Source of the DNA: the human T2T-CHM13v2.0 reference genome, Homo sapiens
DNA: 64,000 bases
Assembly (NCBI RefSeq): GCF_009914755.1
Contig: NC_060927.1
Reading direction: 5' to 3' (one strand)
The translations under genes were made by a program, and so were the position numbers. This document shows positions 26,426 through 42,799 of the stretch, piece by piece. The notes below the pieces were generated by a model, which was not told the origin of the DNA, did not search any database, and saw only the letters and a list, made by a program, of their open reading frames with translations. How positions within the stretch are numbered: the stretch's first letter is position 1; each line of letters opens with the position of its first letter.

Positions 26426-27048
26426 GCGATCTGAGAGACTACACTTTTATCAATTAAGACAGACACTAAGGTTAAAGAAACCAGGTTACCTACCAGTAGA
26501 GCGTTCAGGGCCTGGCTGGCATGGTAAATTTCTAAATGCCCACACATCAACTGCCTAACAACAGGAGCTATCAGGCAGATTTACAACCCAGACCACTATA
26601 ACTGAACACAGGACCAAGAGCCAGCCTTACAAACATTTTCTGATAAGCTACTGCAGAACTTAGACCAGTTTCAGCAGCTTACAGAGACTGCACACAAAAT
26701 GTTTTTGTGTCCTGTAGTTCACTTTTTGATGTACAGAGCCAAATTCTACCTCATTTTAATGCTAAAACCCCACCCCAAAGTGAACATGGGATGTATGTTA
26801 TATATATATTTACCCGTCAGGCATGCTCACAGCTCCCGTCATAAATATGTGTAGCTTTTCCCCAAACCTGCTGAATATGCATGATAAAGACCCTGTGAAG
26901 CATAAAACCCAACCTGTCCTTTCCCTCTTCAAAGAGAGAGCACCTTCAGTCCATGCTAGAGACCTTCTCTTCCTGGTTTGCAAACTGATATCACCAATAA
27001 AAGTCTCCTTTCTACTATTTAGCCATCCTGGTGGTCTTTTGGAAGACA
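26426..27048 (+). mobile_element. MER39/MER39B-like ERV1 solo LTR
   Basis: cctcattttaatgctaaaaccccaccccaaagtgaacatggg...accaataaaagtctcc...ggtcttttggaagaca. Confidence 0.75.
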
Positions 27049-27370
27049 CCAGGCACTATTCTAGATATTTTTACATGTATTATATTACTCAATCAGAAAA
27101 CTTACTTTTGTGGACAATGTCATCATATCATATACCTTATTAAATTATTATATGTTTCTTGGTCTTTATTTCAAAACAAATACAGTTTGATGAAAGTCAG
27201 ATTTATTAATCATAGATTGATAGCTTAGAAATAATAACACCTTAAATCAGTACATCACTTGACATTCTATAAAGGGCTTGGCCAGTCACTGCTGAGCTTG
27301 ATTGTCCCAACAAGATACAATTATTAGCACTGCTTGACAGAGAAGGAAACTGAGGGTGAGATAATGGCCC

Positions 27371-27997
27371 TGTCAGAGGCATTTGAACCAGAGTGACTTC
27401 ATCTTGAATAGGAGCTGGGTAAAATAAGGCTGAGACCTACTGAGCCGCATTCCCCAGAGGTTAGGCATTCTTAGTCATAGGATGAGATAGGAGACCGGCA
27501 CAAGATACAGGTCACAAAGACCTTGCTGATAAAAGAAGATGCAGTAAAAAAGCTGGCCAAAACTCACCAAAACCAAGATGGCAATGAAGTGACCGCTGAT
27601 CATCCTCACTGCTCATTATATGCTAACTATAATGCGTTAGCATGCTAAAAAACACCCTCCCCAGTGCCAAGACAGTTTACAAATGCCATGGAAACATCCG
27701 GAAGTTACCATATATGGTCTAAAAGGGGAAGAAACCCTCAGTTCTGGGTTTGCTTGCCCCTTTCCTGGAAAACTCATGAATAAGCCACACCTTGTTTAGC
27801 ATATAATCAAGAAATAACTATAAGTATACTCAGTTGAGCCACCCATACTCTGCCTATGGAGTAGGCATTCTTTTGTTTCTTTACTTGTCTAATAAACTTG
27901 CTTTCACTCTTCTGTATGGACTCACCCCAAATACTTTCTTGCACAAGGTCCAAGAACCCTCTCTTGAGGTATGGGTCAGGACCCCTTTTCAGTAACA
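27371..27997 (+). mobile_element. MER41B solo LTR
   Basis: Starts tgtcagaggcatttgaaccagag and ends ccccttttcagtaaca, 627 bp. 4-bp TSD gccc / gcct. Inserted in a MIR. Confidence 0.9.
27762..27770. promoter_or_regulatory. GAS/STAT motif TTCCTGGAA inside MER41B
   Basis: Exact TTCNNNGAA at the position of the second MER41B tandem GAS site. The first site (27742-27750) reads TTCTGGGTT. Confidence 0.55.
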
Positions 27998-28006
27998 GCC
28001 TGATAA

Positions 28007-28046
28007 CAGGAGAATGGCATGAACCCGGGAGGCAGAGGTTACAGTG
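28007..28046 (+). mobile_element. Isolated 40-nt internal Alu right-arm fragment
   Basis: caggagaatggcatgaacccgggaggcagaggttacagtg, with no head, tail or TSD. Confidence 0.75.
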
Positions 28047-29084
28047 GGGAACTCAGGAATTGAACCCAGGTCTACAGAACGCATGCTCTTAACCACTGTG
28101 CTCTAATCATTGTCTCTGCAGTCCTGAGAAGGAGTACGCTTCAGCCATATTTTAATGAACAAGTGCTAAATTTCTTTGCTCAGATAATTTCTTCAAGCTG
28201 TGTCATTTGGAAGGAAAATAAAACAGCATGGGACACAGCAAAAAGTGGTGAGTTTCATTAAACTGATGTAACAAATGGAAGCACAGAGGAAGAAACACTC
28301 TAATGGTCACTTGCAACATGTAAATAAAAAAGCAAGGTTTGCACCATGGTGCAGTTCTCCACCCTCTCTGGCAAGTCCTCCTAGTAACTCTGATTTATGG
28401 TATGTAAAGTTCTACAGCAGAAGGAAAATCAACTCCTGTTTACCTTGCCTCACCATTTCCCTTCCCATCTCAGAAGGTACTGTGCAAAGCCACTGTGCAG
28501 ACTTAATAGTTTCTTCCGCATTTCAAGATGCTTTTTCTCACTGCTTTTTTGCTTTTTTTTTCTGCAATGAGACAGAGAAGCAATTACCTCTCCATCTGCT
28601 CATCTTGATACCTATGCTTCACTGGGCTAGAAAGAAGAGGAAATGAGAATGGGAAATCTAAAACCAAAGGCCTAGAGCCTGAAGAAGATGTACAAAGTTT
28701 TTAATTCAATGAGATTTGCATGTAAATCTGCAGTTCAAGTTTCCATCCTACTCCACTTCTAAGAAAAACCTAATTGCATCTGACTAAGGCAAGACAAACA
28801 GAACCGTATTTTTAAAAATAATACTTTTAAGGTTCAGAGAATCTACTATAACTCTATCTTGCATTTCTACAGTGATTTACGCTGAACAAAGCATTCACAT
28901 ACATTATCTCATTTATTTATTGAAGCAGTGCTAATTCCTTAAGCAATCATTTGAACTTGAAATTTAAAAGGATTTGGCAGAAAAAAAAAATTATCATTTT
29001 GAGTGCCTATGGAGTGCTAGCCATTGTACTGAGTGATTTGCATTCATTATCTCCAATCCTTACAACAACCAAGCAAGGCAGGAA

Positions 29085-29463
29085 CATCAGCCCTGGTCCC
29101 AGCAGAGTTTAAAGTCATCCAACAAGGATTGCTATAGTAACCTGAGGCTAGCAACAGCTCTGAGAACTCAGAAAGGGTAGCAAATGGCAACACCAACTAT
29201 GGCTTTCCATGGAGTGAGGAACCAACCCTTGTGATATGACAGGGGAAAAAATGAGGGGAACAGATACTCTTAACTCACTGCTCACCCGCTGTCTGATCTA
29301 CTGCTTCTGCCTCCCTTCCTGCTCCATTGTCTAAACACAATTGGAACCAGAGCACAAGGGATCCCACTGATGAAACCCAACAGAATGAGCCTCCTGGGGC
29401 ATAAAGCAGGGTAGGGAAGGGTGAAAAGTGGATCTGGAAGGGAAACAGAAGACATTCAGCACA
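29085..29463 (-). mobile_element. LTR33-like ERVL LTR
   Basis: gcctcctggggcataaagcagggtagggaagggtgaaaagtggatctggaagggaaacagaagacattcagcaca is the antisense LTR33 5' end. Confidence 0.65.
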
Positions 29464-29712
29464 GTCCATCCCTCCCCCAGCAACACTCCCCCAGGAACCC
29501 TCCCCCATCATTTACTGTTATTTTTAATTCAAAAATTGCAAAAATGCCAAAACAGGATGAAATGATATCAGTTCAGTCAACTTCCCAACAGAAACCCAAA
29601 ACATGAGCAACCACCAAAAGATGGTTTTCATAAAACGATCTTTTTTCATGAAAATATGAGAGTAAAAAGTGAGGAGATAACTAGTTAACATAAAATTTAA
29701 CTGTTATATTTC

Positions 29713-30162
29713 TGAAACCAACCAAATTGTCTCATAGAATGATGTTTATGGTTCTTGAATAAACATAGAAATTGGCCCTCCTGGTATTAAAGCTTGAAAC
29801 TTACATTTGTCTTATCCGACAAACTTTCCTTTCTCAGGAAATCGACCCTCAGGCTTCCCAGATAGTATCAAGGAAACTGAAACTCACCAGATCGGTGAGA
29901 TGCCAGACCCATTATTCCTCCTGACTGCTTCCTTACTCTTTCTTAATTTCTGTTTTCTAAATTCCTTCCTGCTATATACACCCCCAACCCCATTTTAGCT
30001 GGTTAGAAAGAACAGAGTTGAGGCTTGGCTGCCATCTTCCCGGCCGATGTCACCTGCAATATAACAAAGCCTTATCCCCTGGCAAAACTCATTGTTTCAG
30101 TGATTGGCTTTCTGAGCAGTCAATGACAGGACCTAGACCGAACACCTGGCATTTCCATAACA
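29713..30162 (+). mobile_element. LTR47 (B-like) solo LTR
   Basis: tgaaaccaaccaaattgtctcatagaatgatgtttatgg ... gacctagaccgaacacctggcatttccataaca. Lacks internal blocks present in the 24493 copy. Confidence 0.78.
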
Positions 30163-31020
30163 GTTCCTGTGGCTTCGCATACGAGCATAAGACCTAAGGT
30201 GATGAGCATAGCAGCCAGCCTTCTTCCACCACTATTCCTTGTTTGCCCTATCCTCTGCCCATTTCTCAACTGGATGGTGTTCCTTACTGAAAAATTAACC
30301 ACAGTCTTGATTTATGAAGGGCCTGAATTCGTTAGGGGATAACCTCATTATCCCCTGGTAATCAGGACCAGTCACCTCACTGAATGCAGTGACCCCTTTT
30401 CTATACAATGGTCCAGCTACATAAGGAGCTCAGAATGGCCAGAGGCAGCTTCAGCTTCCAATTCACTAGGACCATGACTCTTTTAGAAGTAGTCTTTCTT
30501 TGGGCATTAGCATCTCCAGAACATTAAGCAGAAGTACTTCCAATGGGTTATTTGGTGTATCAGTAAGACAGGCCACTCTCATCTCCACCCTTGGTTCCCA
30601 TACCTGGGCATTCTGGCTATAAGGGATGACACTATATTCTAGCCATTGGTTTTGAGGCATATATACCATATCATGAAGGAGAGCACTCCAAATTTGTAGA
30701 ACGTTGCCTTCCCACCATCTTCATAACTGAGCCTTTGGCAGGCCATCCCACTATTCTGTTAAGTAGCTGCTTCTAGATGATGTTGCACATGATAATGCCA
30801 ATGAATTCCATCAGGCTAACTTGACTATGTCATACCTTTTGCAAGAAAAACTGACCCCAAGTCATAAGCAATATTGGGACAGATAAGGCATTCTGTACAG
30901 GAGGCAATTGAGCAAGCTCTGGGGCATCCCCAGAATGGGCAGCTCATCCACCTGGTTATGGAGAGCCTCATCCACTCTGGGTGCTCTCTATGGACATTAA
31001 CACAGTACACAAATATCCGT
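30163..31020 (-). mobile_element. Decayed ERVL internal (integrase region) fragment
   Basis: ORF pieces TECLICPNIAYDLGSVFLAKG and VEMRVACLTDTPNNPL resemble ERV-L integrase segments (TECLIHRHGIPHSIASDQGTHFTAKE; VEVGVAPLTITPSDPL). Confidence 0.7.
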
Positions 31021-31649
31021 GCTCAATCAAAGAAATCCATTCATATACTTTTCTCCCAGAATTCTGATGTCCTGCAGGTGCCCAGCCCTACTCAAGAGAG
31101 TGGGGAGTTTTGGGTCCAAACTCAACCTGAAACCAATTGTCAAGAGAGCCCTTTGGTGTCATTCATAGGTCATCCCCCCAGAGCACAGAACAAGGTAGAG
31201 AGGATAAAGACTGTAACCAGAGGGCAAAGATATTCAGCTCTGTAGATATTATTGTCCCTTTTTTCAGATAAAGAAACTAAGAGTCCAAAAAGCAAAAATA
31301 TCTTGCCTGAAGTCACACAGCTGGAAGAGGAAGCTGAGGTTAAAATCTTCCATTCTAAAACTTGTGTTCTTCCCTAGGCCATTAGCACCACATGGAGGAA
31401 GAGAAAGCCTCTGGGCTTCCTGCCAGGCAGAATTAGGTTCATCTGAGATGCAAACCAATTACCAGCTTAAAACATTTTCTTACATTGATAAGTGAAATCC
31501 AAAGTTCCCTCCTGTGGTCATTAAAATTAAAACTTAAAGATTATGATGAGCAAGGAATTCAAAGAGCTTTATTAGCTTGCTCAGTGGAATGTGTTCTTAA
31601 AGATGGCTTCACCCCCAATCCTGAGCCACCACAATCACAACCTCCAGAA

Positions 31650-31981
31650 AGAGCAATCTGTCTAATAGAAATATAATGTGAGCCACATTATCAAAGTTTC
31701 AAAAATTTACATTTTAAATTTGAGCCACATTTTAAAAAGTAAAAAACAATGATAGTAATTTTAATAATATACTTTAACACAATATGTTCAAAATATTATT
31801 TCAACATGTAATCAATATAAAAATGTTTGTGGGGTTTTTTACATTATTTATTTCATACTAAGTCTTCAAAATTCAGTGTGTATTTTGTACTTACAGCACA
31901 TCTCAATTCAAACTTGCCACATGTCAAACGTTCAATAGCTGCATATTGCTGATGCCTACGTATTGAGCAGCATGGTTCTAG
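31650..31981. mobile_element. MER33-like hAT-Charlie element
   Basis: ctgtctaatagaaatataatgtgagccac...aaaattcagtgtgtattttgtacttacagcacatctcaattc. Confidence 0.8.
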
Positions 31982-32962
31982 AGATGAGAAGGCCTTCCAC
32001 CTGCTGGCTGTGTGTCTTCTCAACATCTCAGATGCCACATCTTGAAAATAGGGATCATAGTACTCTTGGGACTAAAACAAATAAGAAGAAGAAGAAGAAG
32101 AAATAATAATAACATGAATAGGTAATATTTATTTATTTGTCATGTGACAGGCATGCTAAATTTTAGAGAACTTACAGAACTTAATTCTTATAACAAACTA
32201 CAACGAAAAATGGACACTTAAAATGATTAAGTGTCTTGCCCCAGGTCACAACTAAGATAACAATTTGAGCACTGACAATCTGACTACAGGGCCTGAACCC
32301 TTTTATGAAAATAACAATAATAATAACAATAATAGCTACAAATATTATATTTAAATACCCAGGAAGTTGATAGAATCAGCAAGACCAACAGCAAGGCCTC
32401 AGCAGGGCCAACCGTGCATGATAAATGGAGCCATTGTTATAACACTGTCCTCAAGAGCTTAGAATGTTGTAGGGAGAAAGAACACATAGGATGAGATAAC
32501 TAGTCACAGAAGGCTGTTTATGGCATGTAACAGGCAAACAAAAGTGAGCTCTACACAAATCCATGGGGGCAGTGATCCGTGTAGGGTCTTAGGGCCCTGC
32601 AAGGGAGAGATGAAATACAACAGCAAATGCAAGTAGGTCCCACTTCGAGGTCATGTGTGACTTGTGCAATCACTTAGGGCCCTGTGCTCAGAAGAGTGCC
32701 ACACTTGGTTAAATATTCAGCTGTCATGGTCCTGAAATTCTTAATAATTTTATCACTGAACTTATATTTTTTAAGTGAAGTCTGCTGGGACAATGGAGAA
32801 TGTTCATGAGCAGAGGAGATACAGGTAACATGCAATCTATGTGCCCTCTTCCATTTCTTGCTACCTATTTGCATACAGCATTCATGATGCCCCATGAGCA
32901 CATGTGTGGGAGTTTACTGAGATTTAAAGGGAGTGTGAGGTGAGTGTGTTATGAATATAACT

Positions 32963-33709
32963 TGAGAACTAAGCTCTGATTTTTTATCTGGCCCAAATTC
33001 CTACCTAAGGGGTCTAGGGGGTCATGCTCTATAAACCATAAATTCTGATCAGATGGGTTTTATTCTATATATCATGACTTACTTTTCAATCTGACTCTGG
33101 AATACCATTATGAGATAAGGAAAAATATATAACCCCAAAATATATTTTCTTGCCACACTTTGAAATTACCCTGAAAAGTCTCTTGTGGGAAAAATCCACA
33201 TCCTATAGAGAATCCCCTTTCCCCTTTGTTTTCCTTACTTCCTTTTCAGATCCAGGAGATAATCAACTAAGAGCCAGATACGCTTTTAGGTCTGATAAGA
33301 AACATACAACCTGCTCTCTCTGAAGTCTGCTATCTGAGAAATTCCTCTGCACAATAAAACTTAGTCTCCACAATCCTTTATCTTAACCTGAACATTCCTT
33401 TCCATTGATCCCAGGTCTTCAGATAAACTCAACGAATTATGACCCAGAAAATGTTTAAATTTACTGATAGTCTGGGAGCTCCCACTTTGAGTTGTCCCAC
33501 CTTTCTGAACCCAACCAATGTATTTCTTAAATGTATTTGATTGATGTCTCATGCCTCCCTAAAATACATAAAACCAAGCTGTACCCCAACCACCTTGGGT
33601 ACATGTTCTCAGGACCTTCTGAAGGCTGTTTCACAGGCATGGTCACTCAAATTTGGCTCAGAATCAATCTCTTAAAATATTATACAGTGTTTGACTCTTT
33701 TCATCAACA
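32963..33709 (+). mobile_element. MER4E-like ERV1 solo LTR
   Basis: tgagaactaagctctgatt ... cagtgtttgactcttttcatcaaca. TSD aact / aacg. Confidence 0.82.
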
Positions 33710-33959
33710 AACGGAGTAAGAGGACAGCACCGTGAGAAGCCACAACGTCTCTTTGAACCAGAAATTGCTTCAATCACAGCATGAAGTCATTCTTTCTAAG
33801 AGACACACCATTCTAAGAAACATGAACAACCAATGAAATTCATCATATCCTTTCTTAATTATGCTACTTTATTAACTAACCACTCATGCTGAAAACGATG
33901 ACATAGAAGAAAAGGGAAAGATAGGGCAACTCATATTTATTTTCCTTTCAGTCCTTTCT

Positions 33960-34256
33960 TTTTCTTTTTTCTTTTTTTTTAGGCAGAGTCTCACTCTGCT
34001 GCCCAGGCTGGAGTGCAGTGGCGCCATCTTGGCTCACTGCAAGCTCCACCTCCTGGGTTCAGGCCATTCTCCTGCCTCAGCCTCCTGAGTAGCTGGGACT
34101 ACAGGTGCCTGCTACCACGCCTAATTTTTTGCATATTTAGTAGAGACGGGGTTTCACCATGTTGGTCAGGATGGTCTCAATCTCTTGACCTCATGATCCA
34201 CCCACCTCGGCCTCCCAAAGTGCTGGGATTACAGAAGTGACCCACCGTGCCTGGCC
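33960..34256 (-). mobile_element. AluY-like
   Basis: ctgcaagctcc and ccattctcc diagnostics. TSD tcctttcagt(c/a)ctttct at 33943-33959 and 34257-34273. Confidence 0.9.
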
Positions 34257-35693
34257 TCCTTTCAGTACTTTCTTACTCAACAGTAAGCTTAAGGCAGAGA
34301 TATTGGTAGACTGTGTGCATATCAAGAAGAAGAAGAATAAGTTGATTTAGCTTTGTGTAGTATTTTCACTGTTCTGGTAGGAATAATACATATATATTTG
34401 TATATATATATGTAAGCTATGAAAAACAAGTTGAGTAATTTTGGTGATTCTACATACAAGCTTAAAACTACATACTTGCATTTAAAACTGGCATTAGGAG
34501 GTGCTTCCACGATGGCTGAATAGGAACAGCTCCAGTCTGCAGCTCCCAGCGAGATCGACACAGAAGACAGGTGATTTCTGCATTTCCAACTGAGGAACCT
34601 GGTTCATCTCATTGAGACTGGATGGACAGTGGGTGCAGCCCACAGAGGGCGAGCCAAAGCAGGGTGGGGCATCGCCTCACCTGAAACACCAGGGATTGAG
34701 GGATTTCCCCTTCCTAGCCAAGAGAAGCCATGAGAGACTGTAACAGGAGGAACAGTACACTCCTGCCCAAATACTGCACCTTTCCCATGGTCTTTGCAAC
34801 CAGCAGACCAGGAGATTCCCTATGGTGCCTGGCTCAGCAGGTCCCATGCCCACAGAGCCCAGCAAGCTTAAGATCCACTGGCTTGAAATTCTCACTGCTA
34901 GCGCAGGAGTCTGAGACGACCTGGGATGCTGGAGCTTAGTGGGGGGAGGGGCATCCGCCATTGCTGAGGCTTGAGTAGGCGTTTTTATGCTCACAGTGTA
35001 AACAAAGCTGCCAGGAAGCTCAAACTGGGTGGAGCCCACCACAGCTCAGCAAGGCTGACTGCCTCTCTAGATTCCATCTCTGTGGGAAGGGCATATGTGA
35101 ACAAAAGGCAGCAGCCTCTGTCAGGGACTTAGAGAAAAACCCCTCATCTCCCTGGGACAGAGCACCTGAGGGAAGGGGCAGCTGTGGGCACAGCTTCTGC
35201 AGACTTAAACATCCCTGCCTCACAGCTCTGAAGAGCAGTGGTTCTCCCAGCATGGCATTGGAGCTCTTATAATGAACAGACTGCCTTGTCAAGTGGGTCC
35301 CTGACCCCTGTGTACCTGACTGAGAGATACCTCCCAGTAGGGGCCGACAGACACCTCATACAAGAGAGCACTGCTTGGCATCTGGCAGGTGCCCCTCTAA
35401 GACAAATTTTCCAGAGTAAGGATCAGGCAGCAATATTTGCTGTTCTGCAGCCTCCTTTAGTGATACCCAGGAAAACAGGGTCTGGAGTGGACCTCCAGCA
35501 AACTCCAACAGACCTGCAGCTAAGTGGCCTGACTGTCAGAAGGAAAACTAACGAATACAAGGGGCCTGACTGTTAGAAGGAAAACTAACAAATAGAAAGG
35601 AATAGCATCAACATCAACAAAAAGGACATCCACACCAAAACCCCATCTGTAGGTCACCAACATCAAAGACCAAAAGTAGATAAAACCAAAAAG

Positions 35694-36720
35694 ATGAGGA
35701 GAAACCAGAGCAGAAAGCCTGAAAATTCCAAAAACCAAAACGCCCCTTCTCCTCCTGAGGGTCACAACTCCTCACCAGCAAGGGAACAAAACTGGATAGA
35801 GAATGAGTTTGACAAGTTGACAGAAGTAGGCTTCAGAAGGTGGATAATCACAAACTTATCAGAGCTAAAGGAGCATGTTCTAAACCATCTCAAGGAAGCT
35901 AAAAACCTTGAAAACAGGTTAAAGGAATGGCTAACTAGAATAACCAGCGTAGAGTAGAACATAAATGACCTGTTGGAGCTGAAAAACACAGCACGAGAAC
36001 TTCATGAAGCATACAGAAACTTCAATAGCTGATTCGATCAAGCAGAACAAAGGATATCAGTGATTGAAGGTCAAATTGATGAAATGAAGTGAGAAGACAA
36101 GATTAGAGAAAAAAAGAGTGAAGAGAAATGAACAAAGCCTCCAAGAAATATGGGACTATGTGAAAAGACCAAACCTACGTTTGACTGGTGTACCTGAAAG
36201 GGATGGGGAGAATGGAACCAAGTTAGAAAACAGTCTTCAAGATATTATTCAGGAGAACTTCCCCAACATAGCAAGGGAGGCCAACATTCAAATTCAGGAA
36301 ATATAGAGAACACCACAAAGATATTCCTCGAGAAGAGCAACCCAAAGAGACAAAACCATCCGACTCACCAAGGTTTAAATGAAGGAAAAAATGTTAACGG
36401 CAGCCAGAGAGAAACGTTGGGTTACCCACAAAGGGCAGCCCATCAGACTAACAGCGGATCTCTCTGCAGAAACCCTATAAGCCAGAAGAGAGTGGAAGCC
36501 AATATTCAACATTCTTAAAGAAAAGAATTTTCAACCCAGAATTTCATATCCAGCCAAACTAAGATTCATAAGCAAAGGAGAAATAAGATCCTTTACAGAG
36601 AAGCAAATGCTGAGAGATTTTGTCACCATCAGGCCTGCCTTACAAGAGCTCCTAAAGGAAGCGCTAAACATGGAAAGGAATAACTGGTACCAGCCACTGC
36701 AAAAACATGCCAAACTGTAA
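35694..36720 (+). pseudogene. L1 ORF1p, disrupted
   Basis: MRRNQSRKPENSKNQ start, premature stop at 35957, later piece KRNEQSLQEIWDYVKRPNLR. Confidence 0.9.
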
Positions 36721-36783
36721 AGACCATCAACTCTATGAAGAAACTGCATCAACCAACAGGCAAAATAACCAGCTAGCATCATA

Positions 36784-40927
<4,144 letters not shown>

Positions 40928-41937
40928 ACAATGAGAGCACATGGACACAGGGAGGGGAACATCACACACCAGGGCCTGTCATCGGGTTGGGGGCTGGGGG
41001 AGGGATAGCATTAGGAGAAATACCTAATGTAAATGTCGAGTTCATGGGTGCCGCAAACCAACATGGCACATGTACACATATGTAACAAACCTGCACGTTG
41101 TGCACATGCACCCCAGAACTTAAAGTATAATAAAAAAAAACTGGCATTAAACTATATAAGATGAATAGTAAAATTCATGCTAATAATTTAAATTTAAATT
41201 TTTATTTATTAACAATACTAAATAGTAAGTAAAAAGACCATGCTAAGTCAAGAGAAAGAGACCATGGAAGAAAGAAAAAAGCTTGATATTTTAGTCCTTT
41301 TCATGGCATTTTTTTCTTGCTTTTAAACAAGAGGGCCCATATTTTCACTTTGCACTGGGACTCACAAATTATGTAGCCAGCCCTGTTGGCAAGAGCGCAG
41401 CTTCCCCTCTCTTATGCTAATAGCAGACATTACTGATTGCATATGGTACTGTTCCCCACTGAGCCGAAATATGACCTCAAAATCTTTTTGAAAGCAGGGT
41501 TCAAAAGTGCAATCTGAGCAGGCATACAAGCTGAATCTATGGGCATCCCTCAAAATCAAACTATGCAGATGGAAATGGGGCTGGCTTTCCAGACAATGAA
41601 AATACTGGCTGGTGTGTTACCAGAGTAATGAGTAGGCCAAGCTTGCTAAACTGCAAACTATCCACTACCTGTGAACGTATCATCCCAGTTCCAAATGTAA
41701 AACAAAATAACAAAAATCAGCTTGACAAACAAGATAATTAGACTTAACTTTGATCATGTGTTTCATTAGTTACAGAAACGGCCCACAATTTAGAGTTCTT
41801 TCTGATTATGTTAGAGTAGGAGCCTCTAAAAAAATGAATAATGCAATAAATGGATCAATATTTATATGGTGCTAATTATATGCCAGGTGCTATTTTTAAA
41901 TGATTTGCATACATTAACTCATTTAATCCATGTAACA

Positions 41938-42090
41938 GGCCCAGTGTGGTAGCTCCCACCTATAATCCCAGCACTTTGGGAGGCCACAGCAGGAGAATCA
42001 CTTGAGGCCAAGAGTTCAAGTCCAAGAATTTGAGTCCATCCTGGGCAACACAGTGAGACCCCCATCTCTAAAAAAAAAAATCAAAAAAAG
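41938..42090 (+). mobile_element. FLAM-like left Alu monomer inside a MIR
   Basis: Single left arm with a 14-nt internal duplication (ccaagagttcaagt / ccaagaatttgagt). TSD aatccatgtaaca / aatccatacaaca. Confidence 0.8.
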
Positions 42091-42799
42091 TTTTAAAAAT
42101 CCATACAACAACCTATGAAGTAGGTACTGTGGTTATCTCATTTTTATAGGTGAAAAAACTGGGACAGAGAGGGGTTTAATAACTACCTCAAGGTCATCAT
42201 CTAATCAATAACAGAGCCAGGTAGTGTGGATTTAAAGTTTATACTCTTAAAATCTCTTGAAGAAGTCGCTGCAGAAGGTGTCCATCACAGACTTGGCAAT
42301 GTTTTGCTAAAGATGTTTTCTCGGGAAGCTCTCGGTTTTCTCTGGGTTTTTTCCTCCTCCTATGTGACATTGTTTGTCATCTGTACCTCAGAGCAGTTCT
42401 GCGTGAGTCGCCTCACAGTCCCTGATGAGCAATTTCACCCATTTTAGCCCTTCCCACACTAACCGCGAATTCAAGATCAGCCCAAGAAGTAACAACATCC
42501 ATGTCATCAGCTCAGCCAGCCAAAATACCCTGTATTCCAGCTTCTGTAAATATTATTAGCTAACACCTCGCTTCAATCCTTGAAACCACACACCAGAATC
42601 TTAGAGTTGGAAGGGTTTTTGGAAATCATCTAATACAGGGATAATAAAAAGGTTTACCTCACATGCCCATTTTGATCTGATCGATTGGTAGTAGATGCCT
42701 GGAGTGACATGAGAAGGGTTTTGATACCATTTGGAGTTTACTGAAATAAGGTACATGCCTGACATGTACCTGAGAGAGCAGCAGAAGCTCATATGCTGT

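Noticed and set aside
24493-30162. Two same-strand LTR47 copies 5.2 kb apart as the ends of one provirus
   Set aside because: They differ by internal blocks, the first is nested in MER57, and the sequence between them is MIRs and unrelated LTRs rather than ERV internal sequence.
30334-30356. 9-bp hairpin aggggataa/ttatcccct
   Set aside because: It is short enough to arise by chance in 64 kb and sits in decayed ERVL sequence.
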